Source: Antedon mediterranea (lineage: Eukaryota; Animalia; Echinodermata). Taken from it: a stretch of 64,000 nucleotides of DNA. The translations under genes and the position numbers were made by a program. Shown piece by piece: positions 1-12,852 of the stretch (position 1 is its first letter; each line of letters opens with the position of its first letter). The notes beneath the pieces are model-generated. The model was not told the origin of the DNA. It ran no database searches and saw only the letters and a program-made list of their open reading frames with translations. The DNA lies in contig NC_092673.1 of NCBI RefSeq assembly GCF_964355755.1, positions 27,711,648 to 27,775,647 of the forward strand. Direction: 5' to 3'.

Positions 1-199
1 ATTTTGGACAGTCAATTATAAACCAGTAGTAGGCCTATTAATTATAGCGTTTGAGCGAAACTGTCCGTTATTATAAATTATGCAAATTAGGTGACCCAAG
101 GGTCATTTCGCTTGGCACCCCCATCAAAAATGTAATTAGTATAGGGTAGGCAACCTGCATACAAAATTTGGTGCTTTTGGAAAAAAAGTGAACAGACTC

Positions 200-276
200 C
201 ACTAGATAGGCTATATTGTGGACAGATTTCACCAACACTAGATAGGCTATATTGTGGACAGATTTCACCAACACTA
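200..276. repeat. 36-bp tandem repeat (about 2.1 copies)
   Basis: CACTAGATAGGCTATATTGTGGACAGATTTCACCAA at 200-235 and 236-271, followed by CACTA. Confidence 0.9.
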
Positions 277-1702
277 TTATATTATATATTGGTACTTTCA
301 GATTATTATTTTTATTGATGCGCGCCAAGTAGTTTAGACGGAAAAATTGTGATTTTTTTTTCAATTTGGTGAGTTTATATAGTAAAATTGTTTACTGTTA
401 CATGGCAATGCACAATGGCCAATTCCGTTACCGCTCGTCTCTGTGTAGATTGGCCTTTGTTAATACTGCCATTGTTTTGTAGGCTGGTGGTTCTTATCGC
501 TGAAAGTTTTGGCGCCAAAAACCGCCGACTAATTCTGAACACCTGTTCCGAGGCGGATTCCCGCTCATATTATATTGATTAATTCCAACAAGATTTAATT
601 ACAGTATAGGTCTAGGCTTTACCTATTTCAGATAATAAGATTTTGGTAAGAACATTTTAAATCAAACATTATTCGAAGTGAGTAGGCTTTTAGGCACGTC
701 TATTTAGGCTAATTCCCCGTATACAACAATAGCACGGTATCAGGCGGTCTCTTGGCTAACGAGGATAGCGCGCCTACATGACGATTGACGGCCCGAGCAC
801 TGCCGGCCGGATCGTAAATAAAATGGGGCCATTCAGGTGTTATAGTTTGATAAAAATATTCATTGCTTCGATGGTGAAAAATTGTATGCAGGGGGACGGG
901 AGTGGTAACATTTATTAAGGGCGCGGGACCCTCCCCGCGTTTTAATGTCATTATTTGAACTCTTCCGTCAATCGAAAGGCGGACATTTCACCAACACTAT
1001 TATATTATATTGGTACTTTCAGATTATTATTTTTATTGATGCGCGCCAAGTAGTTTAGACGGAAAAATTGTGATTTTTTTTTCAATTTGGTGAGTTTATA
1101 ATAGTAAAATTGTTTACGGTTACATGGCAATGCACAATGGCCAATTCCGTTACCGCTCGTCTCTGTGTAGATTGGCCTTTGTTAATACTGCCATTGTATT
1201 GTAGGCTGGTGGTTCTTATCGCTGAAAGTTTTGGCGCCAAAAACCGCCGACTAATTCTGAACACCTGTTCCGAGGCGGATTCCCGCTCATATTATATTGA
1301 TTAATTCCACCAAGATTTAATTTATAGGTCTAGGCTTTACCTATTTCAGATAATAAGATTTTGGTAAGTACATTTTAAATCAAACATTATTCGAAGTGAG
1401 TAGGCTTGGGCACGTCTATTTAGGCTAATTCCCCGTATACAACAATAGCACGGTATCAGGCGGTCTCTTGGCTAACGAGGATAGCGCGCCTACATGACGA
1501 TTGACGGCCCGAGCACTGCCGGCCGGATCGTAAATAAAATGGGGCCATTCAGGTGTTTTAGTTTGATAAAAATATTCATTGCTTCGATGGTGAAAAATTG
1601 TATGCAGGGGGACGGGAGTGGTAACATTTATTAGGGGCGCGGGACCCTCCCCGCGTTTTAATGTCATTATTTGAACTCTTCCGTCAATCGAAAGGCGGAC
1701 AT
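262..1702. repeat. Near-identical ~720-bp tandem duplication (2 copies)
   Basis: 262-984 recurs at 985-1702 with a few SNPs and indels; the ORF track shows duplicated spurious ORFs offset by 722 and 716 bp. Confidence 0.95.
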
Positions 1703-1921
1703 CAATAGCCTATTGACCGCGCCTACATTTATTATTACATTTTGTTCCTAAATAAAATCGCGGATACGTACGTTACGTACCTATTTCGCTTGATTCCTAT
1801 CGCCCTTTGGTACAGCTTACTAAAGAGTGTAGGCCACACTACCTGCCGTTCGTAGTCCCATTCCATTTATGAATTGATTTATGATTTGGTGATTTTCCCT
1901 ACTCGATCCTCACACAGTTAT

Positions 1922-2155
1922 TTGTCGTATTCGAGTGTACCGTTGAGTAGTTTTTCCGTTGAGTACTTCTTTAACGGAGTATTTTGAGCGTTGAGTTGAG
2001 ACCCGCGTTGAGATTGTTCTTAACGAAAAAGCTTTCGTTTTCAACGTTTTCTATTCGAATGACTTTCTGTTGAGCACAAATTTACAATTCGAATACAAAA
2101 AGTACTCAACGAATCTTTACGTTGACAACGGAAGTTCCCAATCGAATACGAACAA
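1922..2155. mobile_element. Degenerate MITE-like element
   Basis: Imperfect terminal inverted repeat TTGTCGTATTCGA / TCGAATACGAACAA; internal CGTTGAG and CTCAACG repeats. Confidence 0.4.
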
Positions 2156-3886
2156 CATTTCCTCTTATCAATAGCGATCCTCGATAAAATAACCGACGGA
2201 ACAAGGAAGTGATTGTATAAAGAGTAAAATTGTTATGGTCCTGAATACAAGTATTATAATGAATTTAGGATAACAATTTGAAACACGTTTTGGGGGATTT
2301 TTCGTGATTAATCGGTCCTAAAATCGGCATTTTTAGACGATGATATTTGAAATTGGAAGTAGGCTACTGAGTTTGTGTTATAGTAAACGTCCTCATAGAA
2401 TGAAACTTTGTCTATCATTACGTACACTAGTATCATTAAACATATGAGTTGAAATCGATTCGGAGCATTGCATTTTTGCGTAATTCCGGACACGACGATC
2501 AACACTCGCATAGAGAACATTGTAGTTGCTCTGGAATTATTTTCTAAACTTATGGCTACAGTGTTTATATATTATTATTTTACTTTCACTGAAAATGGAA
2601 ATCTCACTGATTGTATCTCAACGAAGACTAGCTTCAAGCATCCTACACCAAGTAAGTATTTAAATTTAAAAATGAATTTTAACTTGTTGCAAACAATAGG
2701 CCTAAACCCAATACACATGAGTCGACAATAAATTATTATATGCAGTATCGTGTCTTCTGACAGGATACTTGTGGGATTGTAGTGATTATTGGGTTATTAA
2801 TAGGAGCTAATCAAGGTGATAAAGTTATCGAGCCTGTATGTTGCCGTTTCAGTAGACATGATACTGTTTATTGTGGCTAAGACATGTACTGTGTCCGAGA
2901 ATCATCTGATTAGGTTTAAGTTGATTTAGACTGAGATATGAAAATGAAAAGCACCACCCCGGAGGAGCGGGACAGGCCCCCATGACTCATCTGATCCGCA
3001 TGATGGGCATGAAAAGGTTATTAAAATAACGTACTCTAATCTAAATTTAAAAGCATTAATTAGTTTGAGGAATTATTTTCATGTTTATTATTGTTTATTT
3101 TCATATTTTGTTCATACAATGGCGTTGTGGAATTCAATAAGTTTGTATACGTGTTTCTAATCCATTGTTACCCCGCTAGATAACGATTGTTAACTCACGC
3201 ACGTAAATCACAATAACCATCCTTTTATAGTCTTTTCTGATATTTATTCCTTTATAAGGGTACATTTTTGCGGTATCATCAAAACCAGAACTAGGCTAAA
3301 CATGGTTAACTTTAAAAAGCTTGGTCGTAAGAGAAAATCATCAGACCGTCTGGGTTTGATAATTGTGTGCGGCATGACCACCTCGAGGAGTCCATACATT
3401 ACATTTTCCAGGGAAGGGATCCGGGAAGGGATCATCGTAAATCAGGTAAGTAGTATTTTAGACTTTCCTAGGTTAAAGCATGGCACGGTTTACAACTATA
3501 GTAGAATGAGATGCGAAGCATCCTCTTATTGCATGATGTGGGTATCTTTCAGCATCGACATTCATAGACAGTGTATACCGCGATCCCTATCCCTATACAT
3601 CCCTATTAGTATTAGTTTTAGGGGCAAATCGTTGAACCTAAATTCGTTTTAATTGGCAATAACTAATTATCTAACTCAACTTAATTAGTAAACAGGGTTA
3701 CATTAGGTGGTTAACATCAGTAGCCTAACGAAAGTATGAACCAACTATATGTAGGCCCATCGAGTAGGCCTAAATATTTTAAAAGTAACGCGCGATTTAC
3801 CGAATTTAACCCTTAGGCCTATACGTAAATTTATATTAATTAGTGACGGATTGTGCTTTAACATAAAAGTCCCAATCGCACGGGTG

Positions 3887-4631
3887 TCTAGAAAAACTCA
3901 GATCTCAGATATATTTGAGTTTTCTAGATCTAGAAAATCAGATATCTGAGTTTTCTAGATCTAGAAAAGTCAGATATCTGACTTTTCTAGATCTAGAAAA
4001 CTCGGATATCAATATCTGACTTTTCTAGTTCCAAAATGGAACTAGAAAACTCAGATCATCATTTGATTGGTCATTTGGATCGTTCCATTATTAATCAGGC
4101 AGCAGGTAGGTCATTTGAAATACTGGAGTATTATTAAAACTGATTACTGTGTACGTTTTCTTACTATAATATTGTACAGTAACATGTAGAAGCGACCTAC
4201 GGCTTAAATCATAAAGAAAATACAGTGCATGTTACCGTTAAAATGTAGGCTTAAAAATGAGGCATGTATGAGTTGGTGTGGGTACCAGTTGGTTAATGAC
4301 GAGTTAGCCAAGTTGGGAATAGGAGGTACGAGTTGACCACTTCTAGTCTAGTACTGTAGGACCAGGCCTACTCTTCACGATACATCGCGCGAGCGATAGC
4401 GCACACACGTTGAGCCTGAATTAAGTTTGCCTAGCTAGGCCTAAATGCTAAGCCTACAGTTTAAAAGGTGTATACTGTATTTCTTTATGATTTAAGTCGT
4501 AGGCTGCTACTGCAATTTAATTAATAATTATTATTATTAGTAAGAAAACGTATAATATTAATACTGTGTAGTATTTCAAATATGCTACCCTCTAATAATA
4601 ATGGAACGATCCATTTGATGATCTGGGTTTT
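3887..4631. mobile_element. Foldback-type DNA transposon remnant with a palindromic subterminal array
   Basis: 3887-4057 is an array of ~32-bp palindromes (consensus TCTAGAAAACTCAGATATCTGAGTTTTCTAGA). Blocks at 4046-4094, 4112-4123, 4148-4167 and 4186-4226 have reverse complements at 4595-4631, 4570-4581, 4538-4554 and 4474-4510. Confidence 0.7.
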
Positions 4632-4704
4632 ATCTTTTATCTGGTATCTGGTATTAGCAGATCCCCTCTGATGATTTTGACTTTCTAATTTGATGCGGGC
4701 GCCC

Positions 4705-5227
4705 ACTTTTGGGCCGAAACATCCCACTTTGTGGGCCGAAACGTCTCACTTTAGACCAAATTCATATTAATTTTTTGGATATTTATCAAGTTTTTAAAGG
4801 TGTTTAACAATCCGTATTTTATTGATATTGACAATTTTGATATAATATATATAATAAATTACAAAAAAAACGTAATTTTATATTCAATTTATTACTTCGA
4901 AAACCTTGTTTATTTCGTGCATTCGCCAAGCGGCCAACAGAGGGCGTAACTTGTTTACATCGTTCGCGTGACTAAAAATTGATCATTTTCGACAATGTTT
5001 TCAAAATGTTTGCTTTATTGCATCTTTATCCCTAGTAGTACTACCCCATAGTCTCTCTGGAAATAAAGTTTGGGGAAAAAGCTTATTTTATGCTTATAAA
5101 ATGCATATCAAAGGCGATAAATTTAAGTGTGCCGAATCGTCTCAGGGCCGAATCGTCCCGGGCCGAATAGTCCCGGGCCAAATCGTCCCAGGGCCGAATC
5201 GTCTCAGGGCGGAATCGTCCCGTTACC
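4705..5227. mobile_element. DNA-transposon fragment with 15-16-bp GGGCCGAATCGTCCC subterminal repeats
   Basis: About 6 tandem GGCCGAATCGTC(C/T)C units at 5130-5221 ending CCCGTTACC; related GGGCCGAAAC units at 4711-4745. Superfamily uncertain. Confidence 0.6.
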
Positions 5228-5322
5228 CTTCCCCCCTACTCCATGGCTCACAATGGCGCCACCCATAGCTCTATTCTATCCCACAATGCCTTTCGAAATT
5301 GTTACGCGTTTCGGACGAACAG

Positions 5323-6191
5323 GGGCGGATTGCTATAAAACAGTCTTAACTAATGGTCTTAACTCCCTGATTAAAGCCGGCTTTATCTGATAGACGGTCT
5401 TACTAAAGCCATGTATGTTTAGACCATTGCTATAAAACAGTCTTAGATAAGACCAAAGAACTTATAACACAAGAATCTCCTGTTCTTCAATTTGCATTCA
5501 AAACACAGTATCGGAAGTACAGGGTTAAAAGGTCAAACTGGGCGACGCCATTTCACAGCATGGAGCAGCGCCCCCTCCAAACTAGGAAGTCAATTACTCT
5601 ACCCCTCTAGAGCATTAGCAGATCCCCTCTATGATTTTGACTTTCTAATTTGATGCGGGCGCCCTACTCCATGGCTCACAATGGCGCCACCCATAGCTCT
5701 ATTCTATCCCACAATGCCTTTCGAAATTGTTACGCGCTTCGGACGAACAGGAGATTCTTGTTTTATAAGTTCTTTGATAAGACCGCGTAAAGTAACAAAT
5801 TGAGGGCGTACTTTGCGCGTAGAATACCAAATAAGGTAATGTTCGTCACGCTTGTTCAATTCACAATCATAACAGTACGTACATTTCTACGCAAGAAAAT
5901 CTATTCTAGGGCTATATAAGAATAAAATCACCGTTATTATTTGATTTAACACTTAAAACTCGTTCTATTGGTTGTCTTTGACGATAAATAATACGTAAAA
6001 GCAACAAAAAGAGAGGTTTAAGACTGTTTTAAGACTCCTTCGAGTAGGCTTTAATTTTAAAGACCGTTTACAGGTTAGACCGCGGTATAGCAATGGTCTA
6101 TAATGTAAGACTACTTGCTACGTCACGAATTATAGCCGGCTCCTAAGCGCTAAGACCGGTTATAGACTGCTTAAATTATAGCAATCCGCCC
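5323..6191. mobile_element. PIF/Harbinger-like MITE
   Basis: TIR GGGCGGATTGCTATAA / TTATAGCAATCCGCCC; 3-bp CAG target-site duplication (5320-5322 and 6192-6194). CWG TSDs are known for animal Harbingers. Confidence 0.8.
5454..5776. mobile_element. Intact P-element-like MITE nested in the Harbinger-like MITE
   Basis: ~32-bp TIR CAAAGAACTTATAACACAAGAATCTCCTGTTC / GAACAGGAGATTCTTGTTTTATAAGTTCTTTG; 7-bp TSD ATAAGAC (5447-5453 and 5777-5783); CA..TG ends. Confidence 0.8.
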
Positions 6192-6219
6192 CAGGAGATT
6201 CTTGTGTTTAGTTCTTTGC

Positions 6220-6479
6220 TATGACGTAGGACTACTTCGCTTATGATGCTGCATGCTGGGTGGGAGAGAGAGAGCGCACTAAACCAATGGGAGAGTCGAG
6301 TGCTGTGATGAAATGAATCGATGATGATCGGTTATGACGCCTAGGTTACGAAATTGAGGACACGTCGTAGACCGGACTGCAGTTAGTAGTCTAGTACAGT
6401 AGTAGTATACAAACTTTTGGACATGCGCGTTACTCATAGGTCTAGTTAGTATCAGAAATCGCGATACGAAAGTATACAG
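6220..6479 (+). promoter_or_regulatory. Putative promoter and non-coding first exon of TRAF-A
   Basis: CpG-containing stretch with TGACG half-sites and CCAAT, ending in a good donor CAG|GTAATG at 6480; an acceptor at 9371 precedes the ATG exon. No transcript evidence. Confidence 0.35.
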
Positions 6480-6645
6480 GTAATGAAATTTTACATTGTT
6501 ATGTTAATCACGAGGAAATGCTATAGCCTAGGTACTAATATTTTGTATGTTTTTGTGGCTTTAATGGCTGCTTCTTTTTACTTCCGCGACGCCCTCTAAC
6601 CAGTCACACAGTATAATATTAATAATGTTATAAACGTATGCATGG

Positions 6646-7459
6646 CGGCCGTTCCAAGGCAAAACCACGTAACTCGCATTTTGGTCAATTTTGAGATTTT
6701 TACATTTGGGTTTGGGAAATTATTACAAATTTATGAACAACCTGTAAAAATTTCAGGTTTCAGAGATCATTATTTTTAGAGATAGTACCACGTATCTTTA
6801 AGCAAAAAAACAAATAATTCTGGTATTTTCCAAGGCAAAACAACGTATCTACCAGATACGTTGTTCTGCCACGGAAATGCATACGATTTTCGCTTCAAAT
6901 TCTCACAATCAGCTAAGTTACATGATGTTGAGACAGAAACCGCTGATTCATGACGATATGCATAGCAACGATCTTAACTAAAAGTAAAATTTATTAGGCT
7001 AGACAACTAATTTTTAATGTATTAAATTTTTTTCTAAGAATTATAAACTAGGGCCTATAGCCTATTTACGAAAAAGTTCAGGCAAGCTTGAAACTAGGCT
7101 AGGCTATTATTTTTGACAGACCTACCTAATCTAGCCTAGGCCTAGGCCTATATAGTACCCCAGTACTGTCAATGGAAATAGGCTAAAACGTTGTTTTGCC
7201 TCAGAAATGACTTTCTTTCTACTATGCACGTCATTTCCAAGGCAAAACAACGTATCTGTTAAAAAAGTGGTAATAACTTTTGATCAAATTGTATAAATTA
7301 TTTAAAATTTTGTATTTAATAATAATTATTATTTATTTATACTCAAAATTTCACATCATTACGGTAATTTGTTTCTGAAATACAAACACTCAAACTTCAA
7401 TTAAATTTTTCTCGAAAAGCAACATTTTGTAATTACGTTGTTTTGCCTTGGAACGGCCG
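6646..7459. mobile_element. Non-autonomous DNA transposon with 4-bp TSD (Sola-like, tentative)
   Basis: 27-bp TIR CGGCCGTTCCAAGGCAAAACCACGTAA / TTACGTTGTTTTGCCTTGGAACGGCCG; TSD ATGG at 6642-6645 and 7460-7463; internal TTTCCAAGGCAAAACAACGTATCT repeats near 6827 and 7235. Confidence 0.8.
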
Positions 7460-7723
7460 ATGGATGATTCATTTCTTGTGATACAGTATGTATTTGTTGA
7501 GGGAGTCACGCGTGACTGTATTTCCATTAAATCCTTTGTTCGTGAATGTATTATTTTAGGCCTGTCTCTGATGTGTACTAATCCTACCACTGCTGGTGCA
7601 TTTCATTCATTGCGCCTACCAACGTTTTTAATAGTTGGGTTGGGTGGTGGGCGACCGTATCAAAATGAAGGACGAGGATATACGTAACAGCCGCTGGACG
7701 TACAATAGTACAACTACAATGTG

Positions 7724-7877
7724 TAAAACTCGTATAAATAATAAAACTCGTCCTAAATAGTAAAACTCGTCCTAAATAGTAAAACTCGTTCCCAAATTAT
7801 TAAACTTGTCCCCAAATTATAAAACTCGTTCTAAATAATATTAATAAAACTCGTCCTAAATAATAAAACTCCTCCCA
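7724..7877. repeat. 19-20-bp minisatellite (about 8 copies)
   Basis: Repeated (AATAG/AATAA)TAAAACTCGTCCTA units. Confidence 0.85.
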
Positions 7878-8554
7878 CTACGCCACACAGCTGGCTTGCA
7901 GAAAATCCATAAATTTCCATAAATAAAAGAACGGAAAAAAGCTAACCTAAATCACATGTTTTAACATGTGACATCTAAATGCTCTATAATTGGTTGCCTG
8001 TTGCGGTACATAAGCATTAACAGTTGTTATACGTACCGCAACTGTCTGTACGTATAGCCAGTCCCAAAAATGAAATAGCCAACTTTGCGAGCAACATTGT
8101 CATTAGGCAGGTGGGGACGCCAAGGGCCCCCGGTTCTGAGTAATTTATAGGTACGTTTCAATCGATTTCTGAGCACATCAAAATTCCACCCCATTACACA
8201 CTTTTTAGGCACTGCTGGTCCTTCTGATGCGCCACTTTCTATTTCATTTCAACAATTTAATGATTTTGCTGTTGAAAGGTGGGGGTGGGGGGACATGTCC
8301 CACGTCCTCCCATGTTCCCCCAGGATCTGCGCCGATGGTGGTGCCTACACGATTTTCACAGCTACTGTGTACTGTATATTAATAGATAGCGCCATTTTGT
8401 ACAATAAACAAGATTTCATGTCACTTGTGTTGTGACCTGCCAAGGCCCAAGTCTTTCATTTTGTACATAGTATATAATATTAATATGGTATATAATATAA
8501 GTAGTAAAAAACACTCTTTCTCTCTCCCCTGTGGGGGTGAATTTTGTGTGCATC

Positions 8555-8955
8555 AACAAATTTTGTATTTATAATTAGTGTAAATTATTACTAATGAAGA
8601 TAAATAATTAATGTAAATGTTGTATTATAATCAGTGTACTTTGTTGTTAATTAAGATAATTTAAAATCAGTGTAAATTGTTGGTAAATTAGTTAAATGAA
8701 TATTATAATAAAATATGATAATTTTGTATACAAATTTATTAAATTATAAATACAAAAATTATTCAAATTTACATTAATATTTATCTTCATTAGCATTAAG
8801 CAATAAATTACACTAATTATAAATGTAAAATGTATGCTACATTAAATATCTATTATCAGCAAATTACACTGATTTTAAATACAAAATCATTAAATTTACA
8901 TTAATTATTTATTTTAACTAGCACAAAACTAAACTGATTATAAATACAAAATAAT
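8555..8955. repeat. Degenerate AT-rich inverted repeat (foldback remnant)
   Basis: ATTTATAATTAGTGTAA / TTACACTAATTATAAAT and CTAATGAAGATAAATA / TATTTATCTTCATTAG pair across a centre near 8735. Confidence 0.55.
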
Positions 8956-9386
8956 TTCTATAATAATATGTTGAGGGGTGATCTGTTTAGTTTACGTTTT
9001 ATTTAGCTTTAAACAATACCAAAACAACCACACAATTTGGTCAAAAACAGAAATTATTCATTAAAAAACCCCTGAAATCAGCTGTTATTGTTTGACATCG
9101 CGTATCGTTTAATGTGCTGCTAATTAAGATCAATATTTAATGTAATGTTTGCTACAATACAAGATAAATATTAAATGTGATATGATATAATTTAATTGTT
9201 TTAGTCATTTTTTTTTATTTTATTCCATTTTATGTAAGATGCTGTTAGTCCTTACACAGTTATAATAGGGAAAATCAGCATTGTGGTCATATGGTGTTGA
9301 TTTCCATGACATCATGTGATGTTATGTTAATAATAGTAACTGTTAAAAGTGTTCTTGGTTTTTATCTACAGCATATTTTTTTTAAA

Positions 9387-12091
9387 ATGAACGGAAATAG
9401 TACTGGCGGTTACCCACGAGAACTCTTGAAGGATAAATCTGATTTGACGGAGCGCATAACATGTGGTGTCTGTGATCTCATCCTAAGGGATGTGGTCCAA
9501 CATGAATGTGGACATCGTTTCTGCAGCTCTTGTGCTGAAGCATTACATAGGTAAAATCGGTTCTCGTTTAATTTGATGTTAATTACTGTACCAAGCAAAA
9601 TAGTCTTTTTTATATTTTTGTCAAATTTTTATATAAAACCTACCATTTTTTTTAAATAGCAAACCTCAGCCACAGTTTTGTCCAAGGTGTCCACCAGATA
9701 GCCAAGAAGCTCCAATAAGAAATGTAAGTCTGAAAAAACTATTACGGTACTGTATGTTCACGATAATGGCGGCCAAATATAACTGAGATTGGGTCTTCTC
9801 ATATCTTTCTAATCTCTGAAATCACTTTTTGACACTTTTGTTTATTTAGATCTATCCCGACTTTGCTGGACGGAAAGAAATTAGGTTATTGCGAGTAAAA
9901 TGTGTGAATTCTGGATGTCCCTTTGATGGAACCCTTTCTGACTACTTAATAGTGAGTAATTGTATTTAATAATAAATTCCAGTAAATAATATTTATCTCT
10001 TAATAAAATACAATTTTGATATACAATTTGTCTAGCCATTTGTTGTTGTTAACCTCTGTATGTTTTGATACAGTATACCAGAAAATTTAAAAAAAACTCA
10101 TTCATTATTTTAAAAATGCGAGAATTACTTATTTTACATTTGTTTTCCTCCTAGCATCAAGATTCATGTCAGCATTCAAGGGTAGCTTGTGCAGCCTGTG
10201 ACAAACACATGAAGCGTGTAGAGCTGGAGAATCACAGTTTGAAAGATTGTACAGAACGTACAATAACTTGCCGTTGGTGTAACAGAGAGTTGATTCATCG
10301 GAACATGAAAGTAAATAATGAGATATACAGTATATATATCATTTTATAAAGTGTAATAGACTTTCATTTTATCTCTACTATTCAACAACAAAAAATGAAT
10401 GTTTACTTTTTTTTTACAGCAACACAACAGTGTGTGCCCTAAGTTGGAAATTCTTTGTGAAGTTTGCAAAAAATCAAAGTTGCCAAGAAATGAGGTTGGC
10501 TTTTACAGTTTTTCTCAATTTGTCATTAATTAATGTGGTTGAATTTTTTAAAAATAATATGAAGATAATTTCTTATGCAGCACTGAAAATGTTTAGATGA
10601 TTTATAACTAAATACTTTATTTTGCTAATAGAGTAATCTCAAATCAAACTTTTAAGTTTATTTAGTTGGATGATTAGTTTTTTTTGTGTTAATATTAAAA
10701 GATAAAGCTGCATCAAGACCCAGAAAATGGAGACTGCCCTCGGCGTAAAAGATGTTGTAAATTTCGAAGGGTTGGCTGTGAGTTTACAGTAAGTATTAAG
10801 TTAGAGTTTTATATTATTATTACAATGATAACACTAACTATTTCATAAAATTAAAACGTTATTTAAAAAATAATCTATTGTTTTGATGAACTTTATTTTT
10901 AATATGTAGGCTCCACAGGAGCAGATGCCAGGACACTTGAAAAACAACCAACAAGAACACATGAATCTGTTACTGGATGACAACATCAATATGAGAACAG
11001 AACTGGAGTTTACGAAAAAGAAAATGGAAAAGTATGAATCCATGGAATTGGGGGAGAAAGGTGCCTCAGCCCTACACTTTGATAACCCAGAAGAAATAGT
11101 TAAGATGGTTGTGAAGAACTTAAAACAGAATGGTATTGTAATGGAAAATCATGAAATAGACTCCTTTAAATCACTTGACATAAATTCAGACAATGGGGGT
11201 GCTGGAGCAAGGAAAAAAGTTATGAATATAAACCAGAATGGGAGTTTGAAGGAAGTTGATGTAAAGAAAGTGACATCTTCAAAATCTTCAGAAATTAGAG
11301 AGTTGAAAACTATGGTCCAGAACAATAGTCAGAAGATTAAATCTGTGAAGGAAACTCAGGCAATTTTGTTGAAGAAGAATGAAATATTTCATGATGCTCT
11401 GGATGTTCTTAACACTGAAATGGATAATGCTGGTCAGAGGACAGTAAACATCCTTAAAGAGGTAGAAAAGGTAAAGACATCAGTTGAAGAGACAACAAAA
11501 AATCTCAAAGCAGTTGATCAAGCAATGGCTGTAAAAAATGTGGTAATAACAGAACAGTTCCTGCAGATCAAAAGTCTTGAGAATACATCATATAATGGAA
11601 TACTTGTCTGGAAGATACCTAACATTAGTCAAAACAGAAGAGATGCCATCAGTGGAAAGCAGACATCAATTTATTCACCATATTTCTTTACAAGCCGTTA
11701 TGGTTATCGTGTTTGTTGCAGGATTTACCTAAACGGTGATGGCATGGGAAAGGGAACCCACATCTCAATATTCTTTGTCATCATGAAAGGCGCAAATGAT
11801 GCTCTTCTCCAGTGGCCATTTCGAAACAAAGTCAACTTTGTCTTGCTAGATCAGAACAATCGGGAACACATCATTGATGGATTTCGACCAGATGAAACCA
11901 GTAGCTCTTTTCGGAGACCAACCAGTGACATGAATATTGCATCTGGATGTCCGCTGTTCATCTCAATGTCTGAGCTTGAGGCTAGTCCTAATGCATACAT
12001 CAAAGATGACACGATGTTTATCAAGGTCATTGTAGACATGTCTGATGTTCAAGGCCAGCATAGTCTTATTAAAAAAACCTTTAAAACTTGA
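9387..12091 (+). CDS. TRAF2: TNF receptor-associated factor 2-like, copy A (RING, TRAF zinc fingers, coiled coil, MATH), 609 aa
   Basis: Coding exons 9387-9550, 9660-9723, 9850-9951, 10155-10310, 10420-10494, 10702-10788, 10910-12091 (GT-AG, frame consistent, 1830 nt). RING CGVC..ECGHRFCSSC..CPRC; the MATH domain YLNGDG.GKGTH.S.FFV.MKG.NDALL.WPF...DQNNREH.ID.FRPD.TSSSF.RP..DMNIASGCPLF closely matches vertebrate TRAF2/TRAF1. Confidence 0.93.
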
Positions 12092-12852
12092 GGTATACTA
12101 AAGGTCATTTCAATGTGCACAGAAATGATTTTGTATAAAACGCTTCCTAAAAAAGAACATTTTAGATTGTAAGAGAATTCTGATTTTGAGAAAGTTTGCA
12201 GTATAGTTTGTTTAAAGGCACTATTTGTATCACAGTAAGTAGACAAACCTCATTAAGTAATATGATTACAGTATATTTAATATAAGTATAATGTACTACT
12301 GTATGTAGTAGTGTACAGTATCATATATTCTGTACACTATAAATATATATGTCTAGAAATTTGATCATCTTCAGGCAAATTATTTTGGTCCTTAATACTA
12401 CAGTATATACTACTATAACACTACTAATTATTGTCTAGTCTGGTTTCTAATGATTGTATGAAAAGAAAATAAATTGCATGAATGGCATAGAAAGAATGGA
12501 AAAGCGAAAAGAAAACTACAGCTCCCATCAAACTCAAATACCTGGTTATTGATGAGTTGAATGTGGAGAAATGATGGATTGTTATTTGATTTGATAGTGT
12601 ATCAATTTTGTAAGGTTGAACTTGTTTACTTGCAGTAGTAAGAGAAAGAGTTTTGCTTATATCACAAATCTTGTGGAGAAATCCACAAGAAGTGTAAAAA
12701 AGCAAAATCTTATAAAATTTCATTACTAAAATAATGAAATATGTAGTACTGTTTGTATTACTTAAATATCTTCATTTTTCTTTCTAAAATGAATGTACAG
12801 TATACTGTAAAGTCATCTTGTGTGGATTCATTCGAACTTATTATGGTAAATA

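Larger units (their letters stand above)
4652..6218. mobile_element. 5'-truncated P-like MITE copy (outer host), interrupted twice
   Basis: Pieces 4652-4704, 5234-5322 and 6192-6218 join up to match the right half of the intact copy at 5454-5776. Confidence 0.8.

Noticed and set aside
388-1667. Duplicated small ORFs of 60-80 aa
   Set aside because: No recognisable domain; they recur only because the DNA is duplicated.
2468-3652. Exon-like segments with good donors (near 2652 and 3445) and ORF 3302-3652
   Set aside because: I could not assemble a spliced frame with recognisable homology; a lncRNA or relic gene cannot be excluded without RNA data.
5127-5390. GPNRP-repeat ORF
   Set aside because: Translation of 15-16-bp transposon subterminal repeats.
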